NCBI GenBank assembly: GCA_037447605.1
Contig: CM074806.1
Coordinates: 4,278,001 to 4,342,000, forward strand
Direction: 5' to 3'
Origin: Zygnema circumcarinatum SAG 698-1b
Lineage: Eukaryota; Plantae; Zygnematophyceae
Length of the DNA stretch: 64,000 bases
Part shown: piece by piece, positions 36,175 to 52,173 of the stretch
How the letters are laid out: each line of letters opens with the position of its first letter
Position numbering within the stretch: the stretch's first letter is position 1
Translations under genes and position numbers: made by a program
Notes under the pieces: generated by a model
Databases searched by the model: none
What the model was told of the DNA's origin: nothing
Seen by the model: the letters and a program-made list of their open reading frames with translations, nothing else

Positions 36175-37117
36175 GGGTAGTGATATTTCCACCCCTTTTT
36201 TGGATCCAAACACCCCTTCCCGGCCGGGCAGATTCCAAAAGGGATTAAAAACGGAAAATGCTTTTTTCACACCTTTTTGGAATCGATACCCACCTTCTTC
36301 CGTCGGCTGATTTTATTTTTGCTAACCAAGGAAAATGATACCCCGTCACCGCATTTTGAATACTGTATCCCGCCTCCCTGAATTTTTTTTTTGGGGGAAT
36401 GAAATATCTGCCTGCCCGAATCCGCTCGGAGCGAAAGATCCGTCCGCCACGAGATCGTTCGCGGGTGTCCGTCCTTCACACGTGCGTGGCAATCGCAACT
36501 GTCGATTCCCTCACAGATCGCACCACTGCAGATCACCGTTCGATCTGCAGCCGGGCTCGATCTTAGCGAATGGAAAGCGCCCACGAGTCCCGTCAAAGCC
36601 GGATCGCACTTGCGAGTGCGCGCGTCCATCAGCGAGATCTCGTAATTGTTAGCTCCCAGCCAATCAACAGCTGCCACGTGTTACATTACGTGGAAAATTT
36701 TGATTGGTCCAAGCTCTCAATGTACGAAATTTTGGGTTCCTCAAAGTTGCGACCGTACGACATTTGTACGGACAAACTGTCGAGGCGACTTCGGCGGGAT
36801 ACGTGGGCTCGTGCCATTCGCTGTGACCGAGCCCGGCTGCAGATAAAATAGTGATCTGTCGTGTTGGGATTTGCGAGGGAATCGACGGCTGTGATTGACC
36901 GCACGCGTGAAAAGAAATTCAGGTAGGCGGGATATTCAAAATGGGGTGACGGGTTATCATTTTCCTTGTTTCGCAAAAATAAAATCTGCCGATGGAGGGT
37001 GGGTATCGATTCCAAAAAGGTGTGAAAAAAGCATTTTCCGTTTTTAATCCCTTTTGGAATCTGCCCGGCCGGGAAGGGGTGTTTGGATCCAAAAAAGGGG
37101 TGGAAATATCACTACCC
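36175..37117. mobile_element. 943-bp non-autonomous foldback (Mutator/hAT-like) element, copy 1, flanked on both sides by the same mirrored sequence
   Basis: Ends GGGTAGTGATATTTCC...GGAAATATCACTACCC. Long imperfect inverted arms extend ~400 bp inward. Confidence 0.75.
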
Positions 37118-39589
37118 AAAGATAAGATAAGATTTGACCGGCGACAAAAGGTGTGTATCTGGTAGAAAAAGGTGTACAAATAGCACTTTCTTATAATTAT
37201 TCCCTTTTCTTTTTCTGACCGTTTGAATATTCCGCGAATCAAACTCCATCCGTTCCTTGTTCCCACAGTTCCGTTCCCTGGGACAACCTCTCCCCTTCCA
37301 TTGCCCTCCGCTCCCGCTCCCTCCCCGCCCTCCCTCCCTCTCCCACTCCCTCTCCCTCCCTCCGGCTCCTATCACAAGCAGGTCGCCACGCTACTGCCGC
37401 CATGGCGGCCTGCCCTCACGCGGGAGCTTGCCACGTGGCACGAAGCCATGGCCTTTTGGAAGGATTCCCTCGGCCTTCATCACTGAAATATTCAGCTGTG
37501 TTGCCACGTGGCACGACTAGAAGCCTGCAAGCTCGCAATGCCGGGCGGATTTTGCGCATGGAGCCTCAGTTAGGGTTAGGGCCCCGTCTGGAAGCTCTAG
37601 GTGTGCCACGTGGCGGCAGGAGAGGGAGCCACACGTGTCGCGCTGTGTACGTCGATGACGAGGATGAGGGGTATCTGGTGGACGCGCCCGTTCTGCCCGG
37701 GGACGGCTTCTCCTTCCAGGGTGGTAGGAGAGCTCTCTCTTTAGTGGGGGGGAGAGAGGGAGAAGGGAGGGAGTGGGAGAGTGGGTGGGAGAGGAAGTGA
37801 GTGTGAGTAGGACCAGAGAGAGGGAGAGAGAGAGGTGTGGGGAGCGGCAGTGAAAGAAGAGAGGGAGATAGCAAAGTCAAAGGAGAATGTGAGTTATTGA
37901 TACAGCTTAAAACGGAACTGAGTATTGAGGAGGAGCGAGATAGGGGGTGGGAGGGAGGGGGCAAGAGGAGAAGAGAAAGAGTGAGAACTTGAAAATGTAA
38001 CGTGCGGCGTGTTTACACAACTAATGGGTACTCGTTTTTCTACTCGATCCAAATGTTAAAAACTCACGACGAAGTTTGTCAAGAAGTGGTCCTCCTTTAA
38101 CTTCAATCTCGAGCGATTCCAAGTCTGGGAAGAAGCAGCTTGCATTAGCGAACCGTCCAGTATTAATCGCCTTTAATCCTGCTTAAAAATCCTGCATCTT
38201 GCAGAGCTTTAAGGTCAGAGTCTTTAAGGTTCATGGGACTCCGCTCCCTATAGCTACTTTGCCTAATAATGAAGTTAAGCCTTTCCTAGTGGTTTCTCCC
38301 ATTGGCCGACCAGGCAAATACTCCGACGAGAAGGGTCCTGCGGAGCTGNNNNNNNNNNCAGCTCCGCAGGACCCTTCTCGTCGGAGTATTTGCCTGGTCG
38401 GCCAATGGGAGAAACCACTAGGAAAGGCTTAACTTCATTATTAGGCAAAGTAGCTATAGGGAGCGGAGTCCCATGAACCTTAAAGACTCTGACCTTAAAG
38501 CTCTGCAAGATGCAGGATTTTTAAGCAGGATTAAAGGCGATTAATACTGGACGGTTCGCTAATGCAAGCTGCTTCTTCCCAGACTTGGAATCGCTCGAGA
38601 TTGAAGTTAAAGGAGGACCACTTCTTGACAAACTTCGTCGTGAGTTTTTAACATTTGGATCGAGTAGAAAAACGAGTACCCATTAGTTGTGTAAACACGC
38701 CGCACGTTACATTTTCAAGTTCTCACTCTTTCTCTTCTCCTCTTGCCCCCTCCCTCCCACCCCCTATCTCGCTCCTCCTCAATACTCAGTTCCGTTTTAA
38801 GCTGTATCAATAACTCACATTCTCCTTTGACTTTGCTATCTCCCTCTCTTCTTTCACTGCCGCTCCCCACACCTCTCTCTCTCCCTCTCTCTGGTCCTAC
38901 TCACACTCACTTCCTCTCCCACCCACTCTCCCACTCCCTCCCTTCTCCCTCTCTCCCCCCCACTAAAGAGAGAGCTCTCCTACCACCCTGGAAGGAGAAG
39001 CCGTCCCCGGGCAGAACGGGCGCGTCCACCAGATACCCCTCATCCTCGTCATCGACGTACACAGCGCGACACGTGTGGCTCCCTCTCCTGCCGCCACGTG
39101 GCACACCTAGAGCTTCCAGACGGGGCCCTAACCCTAACTGAGGCTCCATGCGCAAAATCCGCCCGGCATTGCGAGCTTGCAGGCTTCTAGTCGTGCCACG
39201 TGGCAACACAGCTGAATATTTCAGTGATGAAGGCCGAGGGAATCCTTCCAAAAGGCCATGGCTTCGTGCCACGTGGCAAGCTCCCGCGTGAGGGCAGGCC
39301 GCCATGGCGGCAGTAGCGTGGCGACCTGCTTGTGATAGGAGCCGGAGGGAGGGAGAGGGAGTGGGAGAGGGAGGGAGGGCGGGGAGGGAGCGGGAGCGGA
39401 GGGCAATGGAAGGGGAGAGGTTGTCCCAGGGAACGGAACTGTGGGAACAAGGAACGGATGGAGTTTGATTCGCGGAATATTCAAACGGTCAGAAAAAGAA
39501 AAGGGAATAATTATAAGAAAGTGCTATTTGTACACCTTTTTCTACCAGATACACACCTTTTGTCGCCGGTCAAATCTTATCTTATCTTT
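37118..39589. other. Two further copies (inverted 37118-38348, direct 38359-39589) of 34944-36174, including hydrolase exon 1 and part of exon 2; probable assembly artefact
   Basis: ORF translations are identical and mirrored (coordinate sums 73292 and 76707). Both copies stop at the 10-N gap at 38349-38358. Confidence 0.8.
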
Positions 39590-40532
39590 GGGTAGTGATA
39601 TTTCCACCCCTTTTTTGGATCCAAACACCCCTTCCCGGCCGGGCAGATTCCAAAAGGGATTAAAAACGGAAAATGCTTTTTTCACACCTTTTTGGAATCG
39701 ATACCCACCCTCCATCGGCAGATTTTATTTTTGCGAAACAAGGAAAATGATAACCCGTCACCCCATTTTGAATATCCCGCCTACCTGAATTTCTTTTCAC
39801 GCGTGCGGTCAATCACAGCCGTCGATTCCCTCGCAAATCCCAACACGACAGATCACTATTTTATCTGCAGCCGGGCTCGGTCACAGCGAATGGCACGAGC
39901 CCACGTATCCCGCCGAAGTCGCCTCGACAGTTTGTCCGTACAAATGTCGTACGGTCGCAACTTTGAGGAACCCAAAATTTCGTACATTGAGAGCTTGGAC
40001 CAATCAAAATTTTCCACGTAATGTAACACGTGGCAGCTGTTGATTGGCTGGGAGCTAACAATTACGAGATCTCGCTGATGGACGCGCGCACTCGCAAGTG
40101 CGATCCGGCTTTGACGGGACTCGTGGGCGCTTTCCATTCGCTAAGATCGAGCCCGGCTGCAGATCGAACGGTGATCTGCAGTGGTGCGATCTGTGAGGGA
40201 ATCGACAGTTGCGATTGCCACGCACGTGTGAAGGACGGACACCCGCGAACGATCTCGTGGCGGACGGATCTTTCGCTCCGAGCGGATTCGGGCAGGCAGA
40301 TATTTCATTCCCCCAAAAAAAAAATTCAGGGAGGCGGGATACAGTATTCAAAATGCGGTGACGGGGTATCATTTTCCTTGGTTAGCAAAAATAAAATCAG
40401 CCGACGGAAGAAGGTGGGTATCGATTCCAAAAAGGTGTGAAAAAAGCATTTTCCGTTTTTAATCCTTTTTGAAATCTGCCCGGCCGGTAAGGGGTGTTTG
40501 GATCCAAAAAAGGGGTGGAAATATCACTACCC
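39590..40532. mobile_element. 943-bp foldback element, copy 2 (reverse), with an 8-bp target-site duplication; probably the true locus
   Basis: TTATCTTT at 39582-39589 and 40533-40540 flanks the GGGTAGTG...CACTACCC termini. Confidence 0.8.
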
Positions 40533-41282
40533 TTATCTTTAGGGTCTTTATGGTGTATTGGGTGTTTTAAAAGTGTGTATCTAGACACAAAAGGTGTGTA
40601 AACGGTGGTTCTTTGTACGGTTGGCATTGCACGGTACTGTACAGTACAGTCTCGTACGGATGATTCTCGTGCCGTACGACCTACGGGGACGCTTCTTTGT
40701 TGGCGTTCCATGGGCCACAGTTCCCGTTCCCGTCCCGTTTGGTTTCGCAGTGTTTCCCTTTGGAGTCATGTTTAGGTTCCCTGTCGTTTAGTTTATTCCT
40801 GTTCCCTCTCCTCTCCCTCCCTCTCCTTCCCCTCCCTCCCTCTCCTTCCTCTTTCTCCCTCTCTTTCCTCTCCCTCCCTCCAATCTCCTTGTTTTCCGCC
40901 GANNNNNNNNNNTCGGCGGAAAACAAGGAGATTGGAGGGAGGGAGAGGAAAGAGAGGGAGAAAGAGGAAGGAGAGGGAGGGAGGGGAAGGAGAGGGAGGG
41001 AGAGGAGAGGGAACAGGAATAAACTAAACGACAGGGAACCTAAACATGACTCCAAAGGGAAACACTGCGAAACCAAACGGGACGGGAACGGGAACTGTGG
41101 CCCATGGAACGCCAACAAAGAAGCGTCCCCGTAGGTCGTACGGCACGAGAATCATCCGTACGAGACTGTACTGTACAGTACCGTGCAATGCCAACCGTAC
41201 AAAGAACCACCGTTTACACACCTTTTGTGTCTAGATACACACTTTTAAAACACCCAATACACCATAAAGACCCTAAAGATAA

Positions 41283-42225
41283 GGGTAGTGATATTTCCAC
41301 CCCTTTTTTGGATCCAAACACCCCTTACCGGCCGGGCAGATTTCAAAAAGGATTAAAAACGGAAAATGCTTTTTTCACACCTTTTTGGAATCGATACCCA
41401 CCTTCTTCCGTCGGCTGATTTTATTTTTGCTAACCAAGGAAAATGATACCCCGTCACCGCATTTTGAATACTGTATCCCGCCTCCCTGAATTTTTTTTTT
41501 GGGGGAATGAAATATCTGCCTGCCCGAATCCGCTCGGAGCGAAAGATCCGTCCGCCACGAGATCGTTCGCGGGTGTCCGTCCTTCACACGTGCGTGGCAA
41601 TCGCAACTGTCGATTCCCTCACAGATCGCACCACTGCAGATCACCGTTCGATCTGCAGCCGGGCTCGATCTTAGCGAATGGAAAGCGCCCACGAGTCCCG
41701 TCAAAGCCGGATCGCACTTGCGAGTGCGCGCGTCCATCAGCGAGATCTCGTAATTGTTAGCTCCCAGCCAATCAACAGCTGCCACGTGTTACATTACGTG
41801 GAAAATTTTGATTGGTCCAAGCTCTCAATGTACGAAATTTTGGGTTCCTCAAAGTTGCGACCGTACGACATTTGTACGGACAAACTGTCGAGGCGACTTC
41901 GGCGGGATACGTGGGCTCGTGCCATTCGCTGTGACCGAGCCCGGCTGCAGATAAAATAGTGATCTGTCGTGTTGGGATTTGCGAGGGAATCGACGGCTGT
42001 GATTGACCGCACGCGTGAAAAGAAATTCAGGTAGGCGGGATATTCAAAATGGGGTGACGGGTTATCATTTTCCTTGTTTCGCAAAAATAAAATCTGCCGA
42101 TGGAGGGTGGGTATCGATTCCAAAAAGGTGTGAAAAAAGCATTTTCCGTTTTTAATCCTTTTTGAAATCTGCCCGGCCGGTAAGGGGTGTTTGGATCCAA
42201 AAAAGGGGTGGAAATATCACTACCC
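41283..42225. mobile_element. 943-bp foldback element, copy 3, between mirrored copies of the right flank (40913-41282 and 42226-42594)
   Basis: Same termini and internal ORF translations as copy 1 (offset 5108). The mirror axis is the N gap at 40903-40912. Confidence 0.75.
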
Positions 42226-43354
42226 TTATCTTTAGGGTCTTTATGGTGTATTGGGTGTTTTAAAAGTGTGTATCTAGACACAAAAGGTGTGTAAACGGTG
42301 GTTCTTTGTACGGTTGGCATTGCACGGTACTGTACAGTACAGTCTCGTACGGATGATTCTCGTGCCGTACGACCTACGGGGACGCTTCTTTGTTGGCGTT
42401 CCATGGGCCACAGTTCCCGTTCCCGTCCCGTTTGGTTTCGCAGTGTTTCCCTTTGGAGTCATGTTTAGGTTCCCTGTCGTTTAGTTTATTCCTGTTCCCT
42501 CTCCTCTCCCTCCCTCTCCTTCCCCTCCCTCCCTCTCCTTCCTCTTTCTCCCTCTCTTTCCTCTCCCTCCCTCCAATCTCCTTGTTTTCCGCCGAATGCA
42601 AGGCAAGTTTCATGCTTTATTCAAATTCGCAATGCAGATTAACAATAAGTTGTGCGCTTGTCGCCTCATGCAGCTTCATGTATATGTAAATGGACTGACT
42701 TCAAAAGGGCCCGGCTTGGCCCTGCTCACATAGGCCCATTCATCTCCCAACATTCTCCTCCATGTTATGAATTACGCTCTACTCCTTGTGCCCTCTGAAC
42801 CCCCTTGCTACTTGGGAAGTCAGCTCTTACAACATTAATCTCTCCTCTACCGCTATCGCTAAATTTCTATGTTATAACCTTGAAATAAAACAAAAGTCAT
42901 GGCCTCTCTTGAGCTCTTCCTTTACATTGTCGCCTCCCTCCCTCTCCAATCTGCCCGTTAGCCCTAAAAATCTCCTCCTACAAAACACCGCGGAAGACTA
43001 AACTAGTGTGTGGGCCATGCCTAGGAACTACAAACGTGGTGCGGGACAAGTCATGCGCAACATGTGTCCATGCCATGTTGCGCGCATGCACATTGTTCAA
43101 AGGCTCCGATCGCCCGCCAAACTCAATCCATCGGAACCCTCCCAAAACCCACAACTGCAGAAGCCGTGCCATGCCGAACCTCAGGTTCGGTCAATATCTG
43201 AACCCATGCGACCTTTCCAAGTTCATCGTAACATACCTGCAAGGACCAAGAATAGATCAACCCAACCAGCCACTAAACCCAAAAGATCAACCCACCCATG
43301 TTCACATACATGGCCAAGCCATGCCATGCACCCATAGCCGCGGCATACATTCGG

Positions 43355-43786
43355 TCATGCCAAGAGCCATGGCCTACCGTTTATCCGGGACTCTGGCGAC
43401 CAATCAATGCTCGAATAGTACGAGCTTTCCCTCCGCCATGGATCCCTCGTCTCAACGCCGCCAGCACCCTCTCTCGCGTCGCTCCTCTCCTCTCTCTCTC
43501 CCTCCTCTCCCACTATGACGACGGAGAAGCTCATGTTCATCCCCTGATCTCCATTCGATTCACCCCCAGCTTTATCCGCCGAGGACACAGCCTCCTCTGA
43601 TTCAAAAAACCTCTGCATGAACCCTCTCCGGATATCCCTCCACTGCCATATCACGAAGGCGACCACGACAAGCAGGAGGATGCCGATGCCTGCACCGCTA
43701 ACAATGCTGATTATGGAGCAGATGCATTTGATTTCAGCAGGAGGCAGAGGCGCCGCCATGGCGGCGGAAGGTGGTACGGCAGCCAT
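43355..43786 (-). CDS. Hypothetical single-pass membrane protein (may continue into unresolved downstream exons)
   Basis: 143-aa ORF with a gccATGG start and a hydrophobic stretch IISIVSGAGIGILLLVVVAFVIW followed by basic residues. No family recognised. Confidence 0.4.
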   Translation of the reverse strand: MAAVPPSAAMAAPLPPAEIKCICSIISIVSGAGIGILLLVVVAFVIWQWRDIRRGFMQRFFESEEAVSSADKAGGESNGDQGMNMSFSVVIVGEEGEREERSDAREGAGGVETRDPWRRESSYYSSIDWSPESRINGRPWLLA

Positions 43787-44511
43787 GGCTTCCCTCCTGG
43801 ACGAGCTCTCCTCCCTCTCATCCGCGCCGGGCCCCTCTCATGTCCTTTTCGTACACGTGGCACGCTGCGATTGGCCAACGCTCGACAAAGACCTGCACCG
43901 TCTCTGGAGGCGGCCGCGGAGGGCATACGGACGAAAACGGTACGGATAAGGGTACAGCGGACATTGACTTCTGGCAAGCACGTGCAAAGGTTGTACGCGA
44001 TTGGTGGGACCCGGTCACGGTTTTTTCGATTGGGATCGAACGGTGAAGATGCCATCTAGCGGACATGGACCGTAGTCAACCTGGGAAACCACGAGTAGCC
44101 GCGCAGCCCTAAATTCTGTTTTGTTTTATTACCGGAGGTCGTGGGATGGCGTCTGATACGACAAATTCGACACGCATGGGCGCAAATACTGCCAAGGGGT
44201 CTTGATAGATACGACAAAGTGGTTTAAACTTGACAGCTTTTATGAAAACGACAAACCTTTGAGTTAGGCCTACATCGTCAGCAAGGGAGGATGTGGCATT
44301 GACCTCACGATGGCGATGATGTCATCAAATGTACATGGCTAACATCAGCATGGGGAACCACGAGGAACTGGTCGCAAAGGACCCAAGGACAAAAGGAAAA
44401 AGCTCCGCCTAGGCTCAACAACTCTTCAAACCCTCCCTAGAAGCAAGTCCTAGAATAGCCTACGAATCGACACTTTTTTTGGCTAGATCCACTCCTTTTT
44501 GGTTAAATAAT

Positions 44512-45184
44512 GGATAATGATACTGCACCCCCTATTTTGGTTAACCCACCCCTTTTTGAAAAATTTCCCCCCCATTTTGGTTATCCCACCCCGTTGTTTT
44601 GGATATTTCACCCCCTTATTTTGGATATTCCACCCCCTGTTTTGGATATATAACAGAAAATAATCGGGAAAAGAGGCATTTCGAGTACGCTGAGGGGAAC
44701 GAATATTTCAATTGCAAGCAACCAGGCCACAACTTAAGAACTTGCCTTAATTTATTTAGGGGGTCTACAATCCTGACCTGAAAATAAAGAGTAAGGGTTG
44801 CCCCACATCGGTGACCTTTCCGGCTGCTTTTAGGGCTGCGTTTTTGCGCTCAGGCTTAGTTTAGTTTAGTTTTTTTTTTAAGTTTTTTGCTCTAGTTTTT
44901 TAATTTTTTTGCTTAGGTCCTTTGCGACAGTTTCTTGTGGTTCCCCATGTTGACTTCGTCCATGTTCATTTGATGGCCTCACCATATTGAGATCAATGTA
45001 AATCTCTTTATCTTTTGTTGCACAATGTTGGAAGTAAGTAGTGAAAAGGAAAAAACAAGGGGGTGGGATATCCAAAATAGGGGGTGGACTATCCAAAACA
45101 GGGGGTGGGATAACCAGAATGGGCTGGCAAAATTTTCAAGGGCGGGGGTGAATAACCAAAATAGGGGGTGCCGTATCATTCTCC
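44512..45184. mobile_element. 673-bp MITE/foldback element with ~130-bp imperfect inverted arms made of CACCCC..TTTTGG subrepeats
   Basis: Left end GGATAATGATACTGCACCCCCTATTTTGGTTA; reverse complement of the right end GGAGAATGATACGGCACCCCCTATTTTGGTTA. AAT lies on both sides (possible 3-bp TSD). Confidence 0.7.
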
Positions 45185-45906
45185 AATAGAATCCCTAAAA
45201 CCCCTACAAACCCCAAAAAAAACCTAAAATCTGACCGGCGAAAAAAGGTGTGAATCTAGCCAAGAAGGTGTGTAAATTGCTTCCCAGATTTAATTTTAGA
45301 AAATGAAAAATGAAATTTTCATTTCGAAAATGTTTGTTAGCTTTTATCCAATTCTGCGTCGCCACGTGGTCAGAATGGACGACGTGGTCGATAGCCATTG
45401 TAATTTTCTTAAAGCTATTTTTCGCTTACAATTGAAATGTACGAAATTTTTGAGTCGTGAAAAGTGACAGATGCCACGTGGCCCGACTACATATCCCGTG
45501 AATAAACGTTGCTAAACGACAAGTTTTGCTTTTGGTGAGTACGGTAGCGGTTATTTGAAACGGTCACCCAAAAGTCAAGAGCTACACGCCAAAGACAGTT
45601 ACTAGTTTGTCTTTTATGAAGTTCCATGTTGGGCTGGAGCTCCGTCTCTACACTCAGTTCGATCACGGGGCAACAGCCAGTTACATAGAACGGTATGCGT
45701 TCCTTGCTGTCGCGTATTTCCCACAGTTCCGTGCGAACGGGACAATACGGAACTGACAGGACATCAATCAGGCGGCCCTTAGCCCTAAAATCGAGGCTGG
45801 TGCAACGTCCCCTGGGAAGCGCCTTCCCTCTCTCACTTGCCCTCCGTCTCCCTTCCTCCCCTCTCTCTCCTCCTTTCGCTCCCTCCCCCTCTCCCCTCTT
45901 GCCGCC

Positions 45907-49459
<3,553 letters not shown>

Positions 49460-50186
49460 GGGTAGCATTTAGGGTTCTTCTTGGCGATCGTAAAGTGCTG
49501 CGGGGTTTATACTGCAAAAGAAAGGATTGCAGGAGGTTTCCTCTGCTTGTATTGTGGAATTTGTTCGCTGTAATGTGAAAAGGTTAAGTCTCATTGGAAT
49601 GAAAGGCTTCTTCTGTGATCCAATGTTTTGGAATTGTTCTTTGAAGATTTTTGCGCGTTGGTAACTCTGGAATATTTGAAATCCTAAAAGAGATCATTCT
49701 TAAGCGCAGTTGTGTATAGGGAGGTTTCGTTGTTTTTTTTTTTTTTTTTAATGGTAATTTGTTGTAATAGAGGTTGTTGGACACTCATCCAGGCTCATCA
49801 ATTTTTTTTTCTTTTAGAACGCGAGCTTTTATTTCATGTCTAGTCCGTGTACATTTTCTGTTCATCGAAATCTAGACTCTAAAAATTTTGTTTCTTCGCT
49901 AAACAATCCCCTAAGCCACTCTGCCTTTCCTTCAACGGTAAGGCAAAAATGCTCACTAATAAAACTAACATATATACTACTAAGGATACATGTATATGAA
50001 TGTATGTATCCTTATTGGGAAAAAATCGTTCGGCTCTCACCAATACTACTCTCCTTCCCGTGAATGATAAACGTGAAAAACAAACGTATATACAACCAGG
50101 TTTAGGGATAGGGTTATGGGTTTAGGGTTAAAAGGGGGGGGGTGGGGGTTGCGATAGGGTTTAGGGTTTAGGGCTTTTTGACCCCA

Positions 50187-52127
50187 CTAGGGAGCCTCCA
50201 CCCTATGCTCCCAATGATGCATCTTCGCGATTTCCGCCGCTTGGTCAGCGAAGCGACTAACCAAACCGTCCTCGTAGTCAGTCAAGTTGCTAACCTCCAC
50301 CACCTTGCTGCACTTGCTGTAGCCCTTCACCGCGATCCGGCGGAGGTGCACGATGAAGGCGACCTCTTCGGGCACAAACTCGGCCTTTGCGTAGTGCTCG
50401 GAGCGCGTCATGGTGTGCACTCCGCCCACGAGCGCTGTGCTCGCATTAGCTGCCCACTTCGAGCGGCCGTCGTTCATGCAATGCAGATCGGACGGCGCGC
50501 AGCGGTCGGAGCCCATGAGGCGGAAGGCGCGCCGTTGGATGCCCCAATCGCCGGGCGCGCCGGCGGGGCGGCAGAGCGCCGTGTTGTACTTGATGCGGTT
50601 GAAGGTGAGCGCGGCGGAGCCCTCGTGCCGCGCGAAGAGGAGGGGGAGGGTGAGGCCCGCCTCGTGCGCGAACAGGAACTCGTCGTAGTCGATGTTCAGC
50701 ACCCATCTGGAACACAGAAAGGAAAGGGGAGACCATAGGGGTTTTTTGGTAAGTAGTTGCAGATAAAGATCTCGCTCCTTCCCTCCCTCCTCTCTCGCTT
50801 TCGCTCTCCCTCTTTCCTCTCTCTCTCTCTCTGTGTCTATCTCTCTCTCTCTCTCTAACTCTCGCTCCTGCCCCCTTCCTCCTTCCTCTCCTTACTCTGC
50901 CCCCCCCTCTCCCTCTCCCACTTCCTCTCCTCCCTCTCCCTCTCCTCCTCCCGCCCCCGTCCTCCTCTCCCTTCATGCCTCCCACTTCCCCCCCCCCCTC
51001 TCGCCCTTTTGATTTTTCCCACTTACTTGGCCACATGCCGCGATCTATGTATGCAGTCGTTGATGAAGAGCACTTGGTTGTAGTACCACGACTCGTACGA
51101 CGACTGACTTTGACTGTGCACGATGGTCGCCATGCCGGAGTCCACCAGCGGCTTCAGCACATCCATGAGGTCCGGCGTGATCTCGTCCACAATGTAAAGG
51201 ATGAAATGCGCGTCTTCGAGCACTCCCGCGTGCCACAGGATCCACTCACGGATTATGAGTGGATCCACATTTGCCCGCATGGGAGCTCCACAAACCGCAA
51301 ACTTGTGTTCAAACCGTGGATCATCGCCCTGTTCAACTGGTCGATAAAGATTCGGATCAATGGAGGTCTCATGGAGCACAGGCGATATATCGTCTTCATC
51401 CTTTATCCCAGACTGCTTGTCCTCTGCGATTCCACTCAGTAAACAGGAGACTCTGACGAATTCGTTAACAAAATGGCCAACCATTCTAATTCTTGTTTTA
51501 CGCTTTGTTTCGCTGTAAAAACGTGAGCTGAAGGAAATTCAATGGGGTTACGACTTATCAAAACTAACCATTGTGGCGGGGTACACGTAGGAGCAATGTG
51601 CCGCCATTTGCTCCGCCGACTTCTTCGGAGAAAGAGCACTTTACAGTCACCGGTGAATACTCTTTCTCATGACTATCGTTGCCGCCGGACATCATCAGTT
51701 CTGTCGAAGACGCATTCACCACTTCAATCTTGCTGCAAGAAAGAGTTCGAAACAGCATCCTCCATCAATTTCTCAAAAAGAAGAAAAAAGGTGTGCTCAA
51801 CTTCAAACATGTAGCGACGTGCGACATCTCCAAGAAATCACGAATCTAAGAGTGGTTTTGAGAAGTCTTGATGTCGTGTTTAACAAGACATTCCGCAATC
51901 ATAACCGCCAAACTATTTTGCAGTGGGGGTTCGCCTAAAAACCCTAAAAACCCACCTGAGAGTGATGTGGTCCCCCAGGCGCCCCGGCAACCAGCTGCAG
52001 CCAAGCACTGGGGTCCCCCATTCTCTGCGGAGGTGACTGGACGTCAAACCGACCACGAAGAAGTCCTTCATGCTGTCGCGGTATGCGCTGCAACCATGGC
52101 ACTCGAATGACGATTAGGTCACGTCAC

Positions 52128-52173
<46 letters not shown>

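Noticed and set aside
37402-39305. Recent paralogs of the hydrolase gene
   Set aside because: The copies are identical, truncated within exon 2 and end at N gaps on mirror axes, so they are treated as assembly duplicates.
50095-50175. True telomere or chromosome end
   Set aside because: Short, degenerate and internal, like the other interstitial arrays, with genes on both sides.
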